64,000 bases of DNA from a virus, in the IMG/VR virus record IMGVR_UViG_3300045988_092736, positions 43,380-107,379 of that record. One strand, written 5' to 3'. Below the pieces are notes generated by a model. The model made no database searches. It saw nothing but the letters and a program-made list of their open reading frames with translations, and was not told the origin of the DNA. Positions within the stretch are counted from its first letter, which is position 1, and every line of letters starts with the position of its first letter. Both the position numbers and the translations under genes were made by a program. This document shows, piece by piece, positions 35,215 to 44,656 of the stretch.

Positions 35215-35748
35215 ATGTGTGTTATTATTGTATGTCCGAAAGGTGTTGCTTTGCCATCCGTAGATGAGCTGAAGGCTGCATATATGAGAAATCCAGATGG
35301 TTGTGGGTTCGTGAGCGAGTCTGACCATTACAAGAGTTTGCATTTCTCTACATTTATCCGTAGATTGATGAAGCGAGATATAAATGAAAATGTAATCATA
35401 CATTTTAGATTTGCTACTCATGGTTCTGTTTGTGTCAAGAATTGCCATCCATTCTATAAGGCAGGTTATTGGTTTGCACATAATGGAGTGCTCCCGATTT
35501 GCTCCGAGCATGATAAAACGGATAGTCAGATTTGCTTTGAGCGTTTCATTTATCCTACTATCAAGAAATATGGTTGGGGTTCTAATGAACATATGAAAGA
35601 AATGAATAAATGGACAGCTCATGGTTCTAAGTTTGCAATGTTGCATAATGGTGAGATTGTGAAGTCCGGTAAATTCATAGAGCGTGATGGACGGTTTTAT
35701 TCTAATTTGAATCATTTGGGTTATATGCGAAATATTATAAACTTTTAG
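35215..35748 (+). CDS. class II (Ntn-type) glutamine amidotransferase
   Basis: N-terminal 'MCVIIVCPKG' with Cys2 as the Ntn nucleophile. About 177 aa, YafJ-like. Adjacent to the amidoligase. Confidence 0.55.
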   Translation: MCVIIVCPKGVALPSVDELKAAYMRNPDGCGFVSESDHYKSLHFSTFIRRLMKRDINENVIIHFRFATHGSVCVKNCHPFYKAGYWFAHNGVLPICSEHDKTDSQICFERFIYPTIKKYGWGSNEHMKEMNKWTAHGSKFAMLHNGEIVKSGKFIERDGRFYSNLNHLGYMRNIINF

Positions 35749-35970
35749 ATGATTAATGTTTAGGTTCTTTTTATTCGACATGCGTCAGATGTCCGTGAGG
35801 ATGTTTGGCGTTTTTTTTTCGTTATATGCGAGTTTAATTTTGTATTACTACTAGTATACGATTTCATAATAAAATAGCCTTAAATCGCTTGTAAATGCCC
35901 TTATTGCTCACTTTTAGGCAAAAGTGAGATACTTGCAAACAGATTAGTGTGTTAATTATCCTTTTCGTAT

Positions 35971-35978
35971 TATCTTTG
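35971..35978 (+). promoter_or_regulatory. -7 promoter element TATCTTTG upstream of the scaffold-like gene
   Basis: 'cgtattatcTTTGcactag'. Confidence 0.4.
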
Positions 35979-36006
35979 CACTAGTTTTAACAAATATATC
36001 GAAAGA

Positions 36007-36864
36007 ATGAAAGAGAAAATTTTCCAGTTACTAAAACAAGAGTATAAGTCTCTTGGGTTAGGTGATGAAGTTCTTCAGGCACATGCCGAAATGCTTGATA
36101 AGATGGGGCTTGTTACTGATGACAACATCGAGACAGTGGTTGCTAGTCAAAAGGATTTTTTGGAGTCCTTGCAAAAGGACAATGACCGCAGAGTTACCGA
36201 TGCCAAGAAAAAGTTCGAGGAGGCACAGAAGGCTAAAGAAGATGCTGAACGCAAGGCTGCTGAAGAAGAAGCTAAGAAGAAAGCTGAAGAAGAAGCCAAG
36301 AAAGCCGCTGAAGAAGCCGAAAGGAAACGCTTGGAGGAATTGGCAAAGAAAAACGAAATGCCGGACTATCTCAAAAAATACTTTGAAGAGCAGGCAGCAG
36401 AGAAGAAAGCTTCAGAGGAAGCAAGAACCAAGGAACGTGAAGAGTTCAAGAAACTCGTAGAGACCTTGACTCAAAAGAACACCGATCAAGCCAAGACTTA
36501 CAACGAACAGATGGAGACGCAAAGCAAGACCATTAAGGAATTGCAAGAAACTATCCAAAAGCAAGCTGAGGAGGCTAAGGCTAAGGAAGAGGCTGCTGCA
36601 AAGGCAAAGGCAAAGGCAGACCACGATGCGAAGATTTTATCGAAGGCTAAGGAGTTGGGCATTCCCGAAAGTCGTATCAACGAGGGTTTCACCTTGAGCG
36701 ATGATGCTACAGATGAAGCTATCGAAACATACCTCTCCAAGGTAGCGAACAACTACAAGGCGTTGCAACAACCACAATTCGGGGGCAGCTATCGTGCTAG
36801 CGAGGGCGAGCCAACAAAGGAGGACGTTGACAATGTAGCCGCATCATTAGTTCAGTCACTTTAA
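36007..36864 (+). CDS. coiled-coil A/E/K-rich protein, candidate scaffolding protein
   Basis: 'EEAKKKAEEEAKKAAEEAERKRLEE' repeats. Lies upstream of the putative capsid gene. Confidence 0.4.
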   Translation: MKEKIFQLLKQEYKSLGLGDEVLQAHAEMLDKMGLVTDDNIETVVASQKDFLESLQKDNDRRVTDAKKKFEEAQKAKEDAERKAAEEEAKKKAEEEAKKAAEEAERKRLEELAKKNEMPDYLKKYFEEQAAEKKASEEARTKEREEFKKLVETLTQKNTDQAKTYNEQMETQSKTIKELQETIQKQAEEAKAKEEAAAKAKAKADHDAKILSKAKELGIPESRINEGFTLSDDATDEAIETYLSKVANNYKALQQPQFGGSYRASEGEPTKEDVDNVAASLVQSL

Positions 36865-36867
36865 AAA

Positions 36868-37329
36868 TTGAAAAACATGAATCAGGAATTGAAGACTACA
36901 AAAAAGCAAATTGTCTTTGGTGAGGATTCCGTCATTATCCAGAAATGGGAAGGCGACATCAAGGGCGGTCGTGCTTTGGATTGGACAGGCGTAAAAGATG
37001 AAGTTCTTTACGCAGGTCGTGTTATCGTGACAGATGGTAAGGGAACTTACAAGCCATTGCCTATTGAAACAGACAATTATAAGGCTTTGGGTACTGCCAG
37101 CGACCCATTGGAGCATTACAAGTATGCGGGTGTTCTCTATCGTTCCATTCTGAACGGTGAGCCAGCGGCAATTATGACTGCTGGACAAGTTAACAAGGTA
37201 GCAGCTAAGGCTGCAAATGGTGCAGACTATCCGGATGCGTTCCTTACAGCTATGCCAAAGATTGCTTTGGTTAGCGATGAGGATGCAAACAAGTTCGATG
37301 AGTCTGATGCAACCATGGACAAAGACTAA
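36868..37329 (+). CDS. hypothetical virion protein
   Basis: Lies between the scaffold-like and capsid-like genes. Confidence 0.35.
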   Translation: MKNMNQELKTTKKQIVFGEDSVIIQKWEGDIKGGRALDWTGVKDEVLYAGRVIVTDGKGTYKPLPIETDNYKALGTASDPLEHYKYAGVLYRSILNGEPAAIMTAGQVNKVAAKAANGADYPDAFLTAMPKIALVSDEDANKFDESDATMDKD

Positions 37330-37346
37330 AAGAAGGAGGATAACAG

Positions 37347-38435
37347 ATGGAAAAATCACTTTATTTTCAGTTGGTCAATAAATACTTCCCACAACTTGTT
37401 GCAAGTGTAGTAGAGAAGTTGAACGGCAAGAATCAGACTGCATTGACCTATATGTACCGAGACCACTTGACTAACACATATAGTCAGGACGGACGCTGGG
37501 CATCAATTACTGCGGAATACACACGAGTTGCTGCTGATGTTGTATCAATGGATGCAGAACTTCCATTGAAGAGCCGTGATAAGGTTTCAACCGCTGAGGG
37601 TCAAATCCCAAAGGTTGGTATGAAGCTTTACATGTCAGAGAAGCAGCTTAAGGATTTGGATAACATGATTGCGCAACGTTTGCCTCAGCCACAGATTTTG
37701 CGTAACTTGTTTGCAGACCTTCCTCGTTGTATTCAGGCGGTTTACGAGCGTATTGAAGATATGTTCCTCAGTGAGCTGTCAACAGGTGTAGCTTTGGCAA
37801 CTCGTTCCGGTGGTACTGGTATCCGAATTGATGTAGGTTTTGCCGAGAAGAATAAGTTCGGTCACGGTGCTAAGGCTTGGGACGCAGAGGATGCAACTCC
37901 TCTTGATGACATCCAATTGGTTTACGACAAGGCGATGGAAGACCAAAATACCATCACTACTTGTTATCTTGATGATTACACAATCAAGTTGCTTGGCAAG
38001 AACAAGCAGGTTCGTGCTCAGTTTGCCTTCAATCAAGGCATTGCAACCAATAGTAATAGCAATATTCCTATTTTGAGCTTTGAGCAGATTGCTTCTATCT
38101 TCAGAAATAAGTGGCAGACTAACTTGGTACGTGTAGCCCGTACAATCAAGACCGAGATTAACGGCAAGAAGGGAACACACAACCCTTGGGCTAAGGGTCA
38201 CATGACCTTTACATGCTATGATAACCTTGGTGATTTGTTCTGGACTAACGTAGCCGAAGCTACAAGACCAGTTGCAGGTGTTACTTATCAGTCAGCCGAT
38301 GAGTATATCTTGGCTAGTCGTTATTCTACCAACGACCCACTCCGTGAGTTCACCAGCTCACAAGCAATGGTTGTTCCTATCTTGAATAACGTTGATGCTA
38401 TCTATTCTTTGGACTCAACACAAGCAGTAGGTTAG
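37347..38435 (+). CDS. putative major capsid protein (362 aa)
   Basis: Size and position after the scaffold-like gene. No motif-level proof. Confidence 0.35.
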   Translation: MEKSLYFQLVNKYFPQLVASVVEKLNGKNQTALTYMYRDHLTNTYSQDGRWASITAEYTRVAADVVSMDAELPLKSRDKVSTAEGQIPKVGMKLYMSEKQLKDLDNMIAQRLPQPQILRNLFADLPRCIQAVYERIEDMFLSELSTGVALATRSGGTGIRIDVGFAEKNKFGHGAKAWDAEDATPLDDIQLVYDKAMEDQNTITTCYLDDYTIKLLGKNKQVRAQFAFNQGIATNSNSNIPILSFEQIASIFRNKWQTNLVRVARTIKTEINGKKGTHNPWAKGHMTFTCYDNLGDLFWTNVAEATRPVAGVTYQSADEYILASRYSTNDPLREFTSSQAMVVPILNNVDAIYSLDSTQAVG

Positions 38436-38439
38436 GCTT

Positions 38440-38898
38440 ATGAGAGGTGAGGTAATTAGTCCGTTCCGTGATAAGTTCCATTTTAACACCATCTATGAAG
38501 TAGGTGCAATCTTGGACTTTGACGAAGAACGCATGAACTCCCTTATCGAACGTAAGCTTTGCAAGATGTTGGAGGTGCAGAACGATAATAGTTCTGCATC
38601 TCCAAAAGACGATAAGGAAATTAAAGATACTCCTAAAAAGGAAGTCTTGAATGATGGAAAAGAAAATCCTAAAGAGGATGAAGATAAAAAATCAGAAGAG
38701 ACACCTAAGAAGGAAGTCTTAAAGGAGAAGAAGGAGAGCAAGACTAAAAAGGAGAAAACCCCAAAAAAGGATGCTGCCGAGTCAACCGAAGAGACTTCTG
38801 AAAAGGAGAATGTAGAAGAGGAACTTGACGAAAAGGCTAAGAGCGAGCAAGAGGCTGCAAAGAAAATCGCTGAGGCTATGAGTCAGGCTCAGAAATAA
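38440..38898 (+). CDS. K/E-rich acidic protein with internal 'TPKKEVL' repeat
   Basis: Low-complexity charged sequence in the structural block. Confidence 0.35.
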   Translation: MRGEVISPFRDKFHFNTIYEVGAILDFDEERMNSLIERKLCKMLEVQNDNSSASPKDDKEIKDTPKKEVLNDGKENPKEDEDKKSEETPKKEVLKEKKESKTKKEKTPKKDAAESTEETSEKENVEEELDEKAKSEQEAAKKIAEAMSQAQK

Positions 38899-38907
38899 TG
38901 ATGTCAC

Positions 38908-39243
38908 ATGAAGATAAGAGAATACATTTCGCAGAAGTTGCGTGCTTGGAATATAACGGATGCTCAATTGGAAGATATTTCGTTAGGTATAGACCTTGAC
39001 GAAGAATATACGTCTGATAATTCGCAGGTTGTAGGCAAGGCGATGATTTCCGTAATCGAGGAACTTATGCTTGCCCCATATATGAGCAATGTGAACGAAA
39101 ATGGATTCTCTGTCTCTTGGGACTACTCTAGGATAGGACAATACTATATGTGGCTTTGCCGTAAGTATGGTGTTACTCCGGATAATGAAGTGGTGGCAGC
39201 TTTAGGGCTTTCCACTATCACGGATAAGTCTGATATTTGGTAA
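38908..39243 (+). CDS. hypothetical structural-module protein
   Basis: Intact ORF. Confidence 0.35.
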   Translation: MKIREYISQKLRAWNITDAQLEDISLGIDLDEEYTSDNSQVVGKAMISVIEELMLAPYMSNVNENGFSVSWDYSRIGQYYMWLCRKYGVTPDNEVVAALGLSTITDKSDIW

Positions 39244-39254
39244 ATGTCTAGGTT

Positions 39255-39569
39255 ATGTTATATTCCCCTCATATATTAAAGAAAAAGTTCGTGAATAAGG
39301 TTGTCAACAAGTACAACGAGGTCATTAGCTCTTCTGAGGAATGGAAAGAAATGGGGCGTTGTCGGTGCGATGACAACTCTACCGAGCATTTCACTACCGA
39401 TAATGGTAGCATATATACACCGAAATATCATATTGTTTGTGACAAGTGCCAGATTTCCGAAGGTGATGAAGTCAAAGTATATTCCGATGATGGAAGTTAC
39501 CGAGGAGGTGGAAAGGTCTATAATGCCCCTAAGTGCAATTATCTTGGTTATATGAGTATCTATGTCTGA
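39255..39569 (+). CDS. hypothetical protein
   Basis: Intact ORF. Confidence 0.35.
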   Translation: MLYSPHILKKKFVNKVVNKYNEVISSSEEWKEMGRCRCDDNSTEHFTTDNGSIYTPKYHIVCDKCQISEGDEVKVYSDDGSYRGGGKVYNAPKCNYLGYMSIYV

Positions 39570-39852
39570 TGTTATAAAGGATGAGATAGACGCTTTCTTT
39601 GCACAGGGAGAAAGGGAAGTAGATGAATTTCTTGACAGGTTAGGTAAAACTGCTGTTGAGCTTGATAAGGCTAACGGAAACTACCGAAACCGCACAGGTA
39701 ATCTCAGAAGGTCTAACTATAGTAATGTACATGACCACACCTTGACCCTTGGCAACAAAGCGGAATATGCGTCTGATGTTTCCTCTAGGGGATATGATGT
39801 TATAGATTCGGGTATTCAGTATATCAAGAAAGAAATCGAGGATATGCGATGA
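39562..39852 (+). CDS. hypothetical protein
   Basis: Intact ORF, 8-nt overlap with the upstream gene. Confidence 0.35.
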   Translation: MSDVIKDEIDAFFAQGEREVDEFLDRLGKTAVELDKANGNYRNRTGNLRRSNYSNVHDHTLTLGNKAEYASDVSSRGYDVIDSGIQYIKKEIEDMR

Positions 39853-40277
39853 TAACAGAAATAGATGCTGGTCATGTAATCTATGATGACTTGGAACTTA
39901 TGGGATTGGAACGAAGACTGAAAGGACATCTGACAAAGGGTGGACTTGAGGGGGAAAGACCTTTGGTCGGTGAGAAGATTCCTGATGAAGGCATGATAGT
40001 AATCATTCCTAAGCGCATGAGTGCAGACAAGACATATTTCAACGATTGTACTATAGAGGTAAACATATTGCTCAAAGATATAGAGGGCGAGGCTAATCCT
40101 CAATTGAACGAGCTTTTAAAGAAGGCTATTCAAACCCTGTCCGACAATGAGGTCGGAAAAGCTGAGGATGTATGGTATCGCTATTCTATCCGTTCCCACG
40201 GCATAGAGCAAGAGAGTAGGTTGAGTTGCCATTACGCAAACATTACTATTGATTTTGAAACATTAAACGTAAGATAA
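39849..40277 (+). CDS. hypothetical protein (possible head-tail joining)
   Basis: 4-nt overlap chain of ORFs typical of morphogenesis operons. Confidence 0.35.
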   Translation: MITEIDAGHVIYDDLELMGLERRLKGHLTKGGLEGERPLVGEKIPDEGMIVIIPKRMSADKTYFNDCTIEVNILLKDIEGEANPQLNELLKKAIQTLSDNEVGKAEDVWYRYSIRSHGIEQESRLSCHYANITIDFETLNVR

Positions 40278-40278
40278 G

Positions 40279-40836
40279 ATGAAACCATTTATTGGAATCA
40301 AGAGAATTTGGTATGGTGCTCCTCTTACCGAGGCAAATACACCTGCTAAGTTGGCTACATGGTTGAAAACCGCTACAGAGGTTAAGAACAGCCATGAGGG
40401 AACATGGGGATATTCTCAGGATGACCCTAGTGTTACCGAGTACAAGAACGAGCTGAACGGACAGGTTTACTATCGTGACAAGACCGATGAGGGTGCTAAG
40501 ACAATTACATTCTCTATTGGTGTCTTTTCATGGAAGAATAAGGTAGACTTGCAGGGTGGTAAGATGTACAAGGCAACTGGAGAAGAGACTACAACGGAGG
40601 CAGATGCAGTAGGTTGGTCTTCTAGCCAAGATTTGGCTAATATCAACAAGTGTATCGTTGCTCAGACCAAGACAGGGAACTACATCGTTTTCTCAAATGC
40701 GGCTATCGTTGCCAAGGGTGACCAGCAGGATAAGAATATCACTTTGGGTATTTCTGCCGTTGCTATGGAAAGCGAGATCGATGGTGTGGCTGGCGAGTAC
40801 CAATGGGAAGGCTCTGCGGTTGTAGAACAAGAATAA
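40279..40836 (+). CDS. putative major tail or major virion protein (185 aa)
   Basis: Size and composition; followed by a strong terminator, which suggests high expression. Confidence 0.3.
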   Translation: MKPFIGIKRIWYGAPLTEANTPAKLATWLKTATEVKNSHEGTWGYSQDDPSVTEYKNELNGQVYYRDKTDEGAKTITFSIGVFSWKNKVDLQGGKMYKATGEETTTEADAVGWSSSQDLANINKCIVAQTKTGNYIVFSNAAIVAKGDQQDKNITLGISAVAMESEIDGVAGEYQWEGSAVVEQE

Positions 40837-40858
40837 GACATAGGCAACAAATGATAGA

Positions 40859-40890
40859 GGGGGATGGTGTTAATGCCGTTCCCCTTTTTT
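40859..40890 (+). terminator. rho-independent terminator
   Basis: 'GGGGGAtggtgttaatgccgtTCCCCTTTTTT'. Confidence 0.65.
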
Positions 40891-40903
40891 AATATTCAGA
40901 ACC

Positions 40904-41287
40904 ATGAGTAAGGCAAGTAAATTAGTTACGGATGCAATTCTTGGAGAGGACACCGTAACGATAATCGTGAATGGAAGGGCTTATTACGTTTCACCACCTA
41001 CAATTATAAAATTGGTCAAGGCGGCTAAATACCTTGATAGTTTCGAAGAGGGCAAGACCTTAGCGGAAGTCTTATGCATGCTTAAGAATTTGGATGATGC
41101 TTGCAAGGCGTTGTCCGTATTCATACAAGGCGATGAATCCATTAGTGATGAATTATCTAAAGGAACGCTTGAAGAGGTTGTCAATGGCTTACAAACGGCT
41201 TATTCCTTAATCTCTATAAAGGATTTTCAGACGCTATCAATTTTGGCGAAGAGTGCGGCAAGGATGATAGCAAAACCACGACCATAG
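40904..41287 (+). CDS. hypothetical protein
   Basis: Intact ORF. Confidence 0.4.
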   Translation: MSKASKLVTDAILGEDTVTIIVNGRAYYVSPPTIIKLVKAAKYLDSFEEGKTLAEVLCMLKNLDDACKALSVFIQGDESISDELSKGTLEEVVNGLQTAYSLISIKDFQTLSILAKSAARMIAKPRP

Positions 41288-41508
41288 GTAACGATACACT
41301 CTTAGGACAGATTGCATCTTTTATGGATAGTCTGCACTTATCTTACCAAGAAGTCGTGAAAGAGATACCTTATAGAAATTTATTACTGATGGCAAAAGAC
41401 AAGCAAAGAGTAGCATGTGGTGATGTAATGTATGAGGTAACGGAAGAAGAGTTTGGAATGAACTTCAAAAAAGGATAAGTTTAAAATAATGCAAATAAAG
41501 TATTAAAA

Positions 41509-41558
41509 GCACTAAAACGCTTGCAAGTTAGCGAAATATTATTTATCTTTGCAAGCGC
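41509..41558 (+). promoter_or_regulatory. promoter family B copy 2 (-7 TATCTTTG at 41544-41551)
   Basis: 'cactaaaacgcTTGcaagtt...tatttATCTTTGcaagcgc', matching the tRNA-operon promoter. Confidence 0.5.
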
Positions 41559-41564
41559 AGAACA

Positions 41565-41700
41565 AAAAAGGATAAAATGGCGATTTAAGAAATTGATAAG
41601 ATATTAGAGACACGAAACCCGATGGACTATACCGAAAGGCAGTCCGAGTCACTATTCCTTTGACTTTGCAATCGGTAGTTTCGTGTTTTTGTGTTTAAAA
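41565..41700 (+). ncRNA. candidate structured RNA: small RNA or transcription attenuator
   Basis: Nested inverted repeats ACACGAAAC...GTTTCGTGT, CCGAT...ATCGG and GGACT...AGTCC, ending in TTTTTGTGTTT, 8 nt upstream of the 41705 ATG. Confidence 0.35.
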
Positions 41701-41704
41701 TAAG

Positions 41705-42007
41705 ATGCAAGACGTAAGGTTGATATTCGAGATACTGGTTTCCATGTTGCTTTGCGTTTGTCTCATATTGCTTGCTGTAAGTAGATATAGGCAAAAGAAA
41801 AAGCGTGAAGAACCGGAGCGAAAGGAAATGGACTTGATAGACTTCTTTTCTTTGGGAGGAGTTGCCTATTATTGGAACAAAGGTGGTAAGCAGCAGAAAT
41901 GCTACACATACGAAGAATTTCTGAAAATCAAGGCTGACTACGTGGAGCTTTGGTTGAATCAGAATAGATATATTTTTAACTCTCAATTAGATTGCGATGA
42001 TATATAG
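41705..42007 (+). CDS. small membrane protein
   Basis: TM 'LIFEILVSMLLCVCLILLAV'. Confidence 0.4.
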   Translation: MQDVRLIFEILVSMLLCVCLILLAVSRYRQKKKREEPERKEMDLIDFFSLGGVAYYWNKGGKQQKCYTYEEFLKIKADYVELWLNQNRYIFNSQLDCDDI

Positions 42008-42227
42008 AGTATTTGTTTTGTTTCCGACAATAGTTGTATCAGATAGTATTGTCGGTATAGCTTGGCTAGGAAAGGTCTTTGGCTGGCGATATGGAAAGAA
42101 CAAGAAAAAGAGCAAGAATGTGTCCTTAATGATAGGATATAACACAGGAATGTCTCTTAAGTCGAAAATAGATGATAACGCAGCGGATGATTATTTAAGA
42201 CGCATTGCCGAAGAAAACAGAATCTAA
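41997..42227 (+). CDS. small membrane protein
   Basis: TM 'VFVLFPTIVVSDSIVGIAWL'. Confidence 0.35.
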   Translation: MIYRVFVLFPTIVVSDSIVGIAWLGKVFGWRYGKNKKKSKNVSLMIGYNTGMSLKSKIDDNAADDYLRRIAEENRI

Positions 42228-42231
42228 ATTC

Positions 42232-42252
42232 AAGGGTTAGAGTCCCTTTTTT
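42232..42252 (+). terminator. rho-independent terminator
   Basis: 'AAGGGttagagtCCCTTTTTT'. Confidence 0.6.
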
Positions 42253-42321
42253 ACAACCATATTACTTGTGGTTATTTTTATACATCGGTTTTTATTAACG
42301 ATTGTTTTTTATGGTAGATAA

Positions 42322-43428
42322 ATGTATAAAAACGAGCACAAGTTCCCTTATAGATGGACTAAAAAAGATGCTAATTTTACAAAAGACAAAGGTAAGGTGA
42401 TGTCTTGCTTTTGTTGTGGAGGTGGAAGTTCCTTTGGTTACAAACTAGCTGGATACGATGTTGTAGCCTGTAATGAGATAGACCCAAAGGTTATGAAGAT
42501 GTACTTGAAAAATCACGATGTCAAGTACGCTTTCAATTGTGATATTCGTGAGTTGATTACCAATATCAATATGGGGGGGCATATTATGAAAGAAGAGTTG
42601 CATAATTTGGATATATTGGATGCTAGTTTCCCATGTTCTGTATTCAGTATTGCAGGTGACCGCCAAAAGGCTTGGGGAAAGGAAAAAGTATTCCGAGAAG
42701 GTCAGAAGGCGCAAAGGCTTGACGATTTGGCTTTCTACTCTATTGACCTTGCTAAAGAACTAAAGCCAAAGGTGGTGGTTTTTGAGAATGTCCAAGGTTT
42801 GTTGCAAGGTGAAGCTATCGAGTACGTGAAAGAGATTTACAAGCAGATGGATAATGCCGGATATATCTTGCAGCATTGGTTGCTTAATGCACGTAATATG
42901 GGTGTTCCTCAGAATCGACCTAGGGTGTTCTTTCTAGGATTACGCAAAGACCTTTGCGAGCCGTTTATGGTTCAGAAGGATTTGTTCGAGCGAGTGCCTA
43001 AGATAGATATGGACTTCAACGAGAAAGAAATTGTCTTGGATGAGTTCTCGGACTATAATGGAAGACAGATTCCTAAAGGAATGATGAAGTATTGGGAGTA
43101 TAGAAACGAAAAGGACAATTCTATCGGTGATATTGTCAAGCGGATGGATAATCGTCTTTCTATGTTCAATAATATGTTTCTTAAAAAGAACAAGGTATGC
43201 AATACCATATCAGCAATGGAAGATAGACTTGTGTATTATGATAATCCAAGTTATCTTTCAGCACATGATACGATTTTAGCATCAACATTTCCGATGGATT
43301 ATGACTTTAATGGCATGAAACCTTGGTTTGCTTGCGGAATGTGTGTTCCTCCTGTTATGATGGCTAATGTAGCTACAAGAATCTGGGATTGTTGGTTATC
43401 AAAGATTAAAAAGGAGGAATGCGCATGA
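42322..43428 (+). CDS. DNA (cytosine-5)-methyltransferase
   Basis: Motif I 'FCCGGGSSFG', motif IV 'FPCSVFSIAG' (PC), motif VI 'VVVFENVQGLL' (ENV). Confidence 0.8.
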   Translation: MYKNEHKFPYRWTKKDANFTKDKGKVMSCFCCGGGSSFGYKLAGYDVVACNEIDPKVMKMYLKNHDVKYAFNCDIRELITNINMGGHIMKEELHNLDILDASFPCSVFSIAGDRQKAWGKEKVFREGQKAQRLDDLAFYSIDLAKELKPKVVVFENVQGLLQGEAIEYVKEIYKQMDNAGYILQHWLLNARNMGVPQNRPRVFFLGLRKDLCEPFMVQKDLFERVPKIDMDFNEKEIVLDEFSDYNGRQIPKGMMKYWEYRNEKDNSIGDIVKRMDNRLSMFNNMFLKKNKVCNTISAMEDRLVYYDNPSYLSAHDTILASTFPMDYDFNGMKPWFACGMCVPPVMMANVATRIWDCWLSKIKKEECA

Positions 43429-44162
43429 TAACAGCAAGTATGACATCGGGAGAGATGCGTAGAGTACGAAACTTAGATGAAGCTAGAATCTATGAGTTTC
43501 AGATGCGAAAAGCTAATGAGCTTAAACGTGAAATGAGAAAGCAGAACGTAAGACAAATAACAAAGACCTTTGAGCTTGCTACACCTAATGCCGATTATTT
43601 CATCGTTGTAGGTGTAAAACATGGCGATGTATTTGCTTCCGGTTTGTTCATTTATCTGAAGGAAACCAACGAGTATATTCCTATGAGTAGAAACGAGGGG
43701 TATAGCGAAGATTGTTTTGCTATGAGCGTTCATTTTCTGAAGAGATTTGCAGAAAGGTTTTTGAAAAAAGACTTACCGATTCTCAAGATATTGCAAAAGA
43801 TATATACATCGTTTACAGGTGCTGTTCAGCTCTATAGTGATGACAAGACAAGAAGAGTGGTATTTGCTATTCCGGAAGGGCTTATACTCACAGAATACGA
43901 GCAAGAAAAGCATATCATCCATTACAAAACCTTTGTAAGCATGGATATGCTAAAGAAGACACAGAAGCGGAGTTATGAGAAGATAAGTGCATTTCTCATG
44001 GAGTCTTGTCAGCAAATAGCTAAAGCAAGAGACACCGGAAATGACGAAAGGCTGTGCGTTGTGTACAGAAGGTTTTACAATGATATTGATTTGCTAGATA
44101 CAAAGGAGGCGCAAACCATATATTCAAGTTTCTTTGAAAAAGGAGGTAACAATGAAAGATAA
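43419..44162 (+). CDS. hypothetical protein
   Basis: Intact ORF. Confidence 0.4.
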   Translation: MRMITASMTSGEMRRVRNLDEARIYEFQMRKANELKREMRKQNVRQITKTFELATPNADYFIVVGVKHGDVFASGLFIYLKETNEYIPMSRNEGYSEDCFAMSVHFLKRFAERFLKKDLPILKILQKIYTSFTGAVQLYSDDKTRRVVFAIPEGLILTEYEQEKHIIHYKTFVSMDMLKKTQKRSYEKISAFLMESCQQIAKARDTGNDERLCVVYRRFYNDIDLLDTKEAQTIYSSFFEKGGNNER

Positions 44163-44655
44163 ATGTATAACAAGGTTTCTTGGTGATATAAAGCCTATAA
44201 AGAATTACGAAAGGTATTATGTTAGCAAGCTGGGACATGTTTTTACTATTGGGAGAACGTCTCAATTAAAGGAAATCGTACCTTGCAAGACACCAAAAGG
44301 TTATCTGAAGGTATGGCTTTACAAGAACGGAAAGCGCAAGATGTTTTATATCCATCGTTTGGTAGCTCAGGCTTTCTTGAAGAATCCAGAAGCGTTGCCG
44401 ATGGTGAATCATAAGGATTTCGACAAGACGAATAACGATGTAGACAACTTGGAGTATTGCACCGCAAGATACAATGTGATTTATTCTGCTATAGCAAAGA
44501 AGACTTCATCTGTATACTTGGGCGTGACGTGGAATAAGAACAACAGAAAATGGCAAGCTCAGTACCAGATAGGTAAGAAGAAAATTTATATCGGATGCTT
44601 TGGGACGCAAGAAGAAGCTCACGAAGCTTATGTTAACGCTATTAAAGAGATTTGA
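44152..44655 (+). CDS. HNH-AP2 homing endonuclease
   Basis: HNH_3 'VNHKDFDKTNNDVDNLEYCTARYN' plus AP2 'YLGVTWNKNNRKWQAQYQIGKKKIYIGCFGTQEEAHEAYVNAI'. ATG at 44152. Confidence 0.7.
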   Translation: MKDKCITRFLGDIKPIKNYERYYVSKLGHVFTIGRTSQLKEIVPCKTPKGYLKVWLYKNGKRKMFYIHRLVAQAFLKNPEALPMVNHKDFDKTNNDVDNLEYCTARYNVIYSAIAKKTSSVYLGVTWNKNNRKWQAQYQIGKKKIYIGCFGTQEEAHEAYVNAIKEI

Positions 44656-44656
44656 T

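Noticed and set aside
36240-36620. Periodic GAAGAAGC/AAGGC repeats suggestive of a tandem repeat
   Set aside because: These are coding consequences of the A/E/K-rich coiled coil of the scaffold-like protein, in frame and intact.
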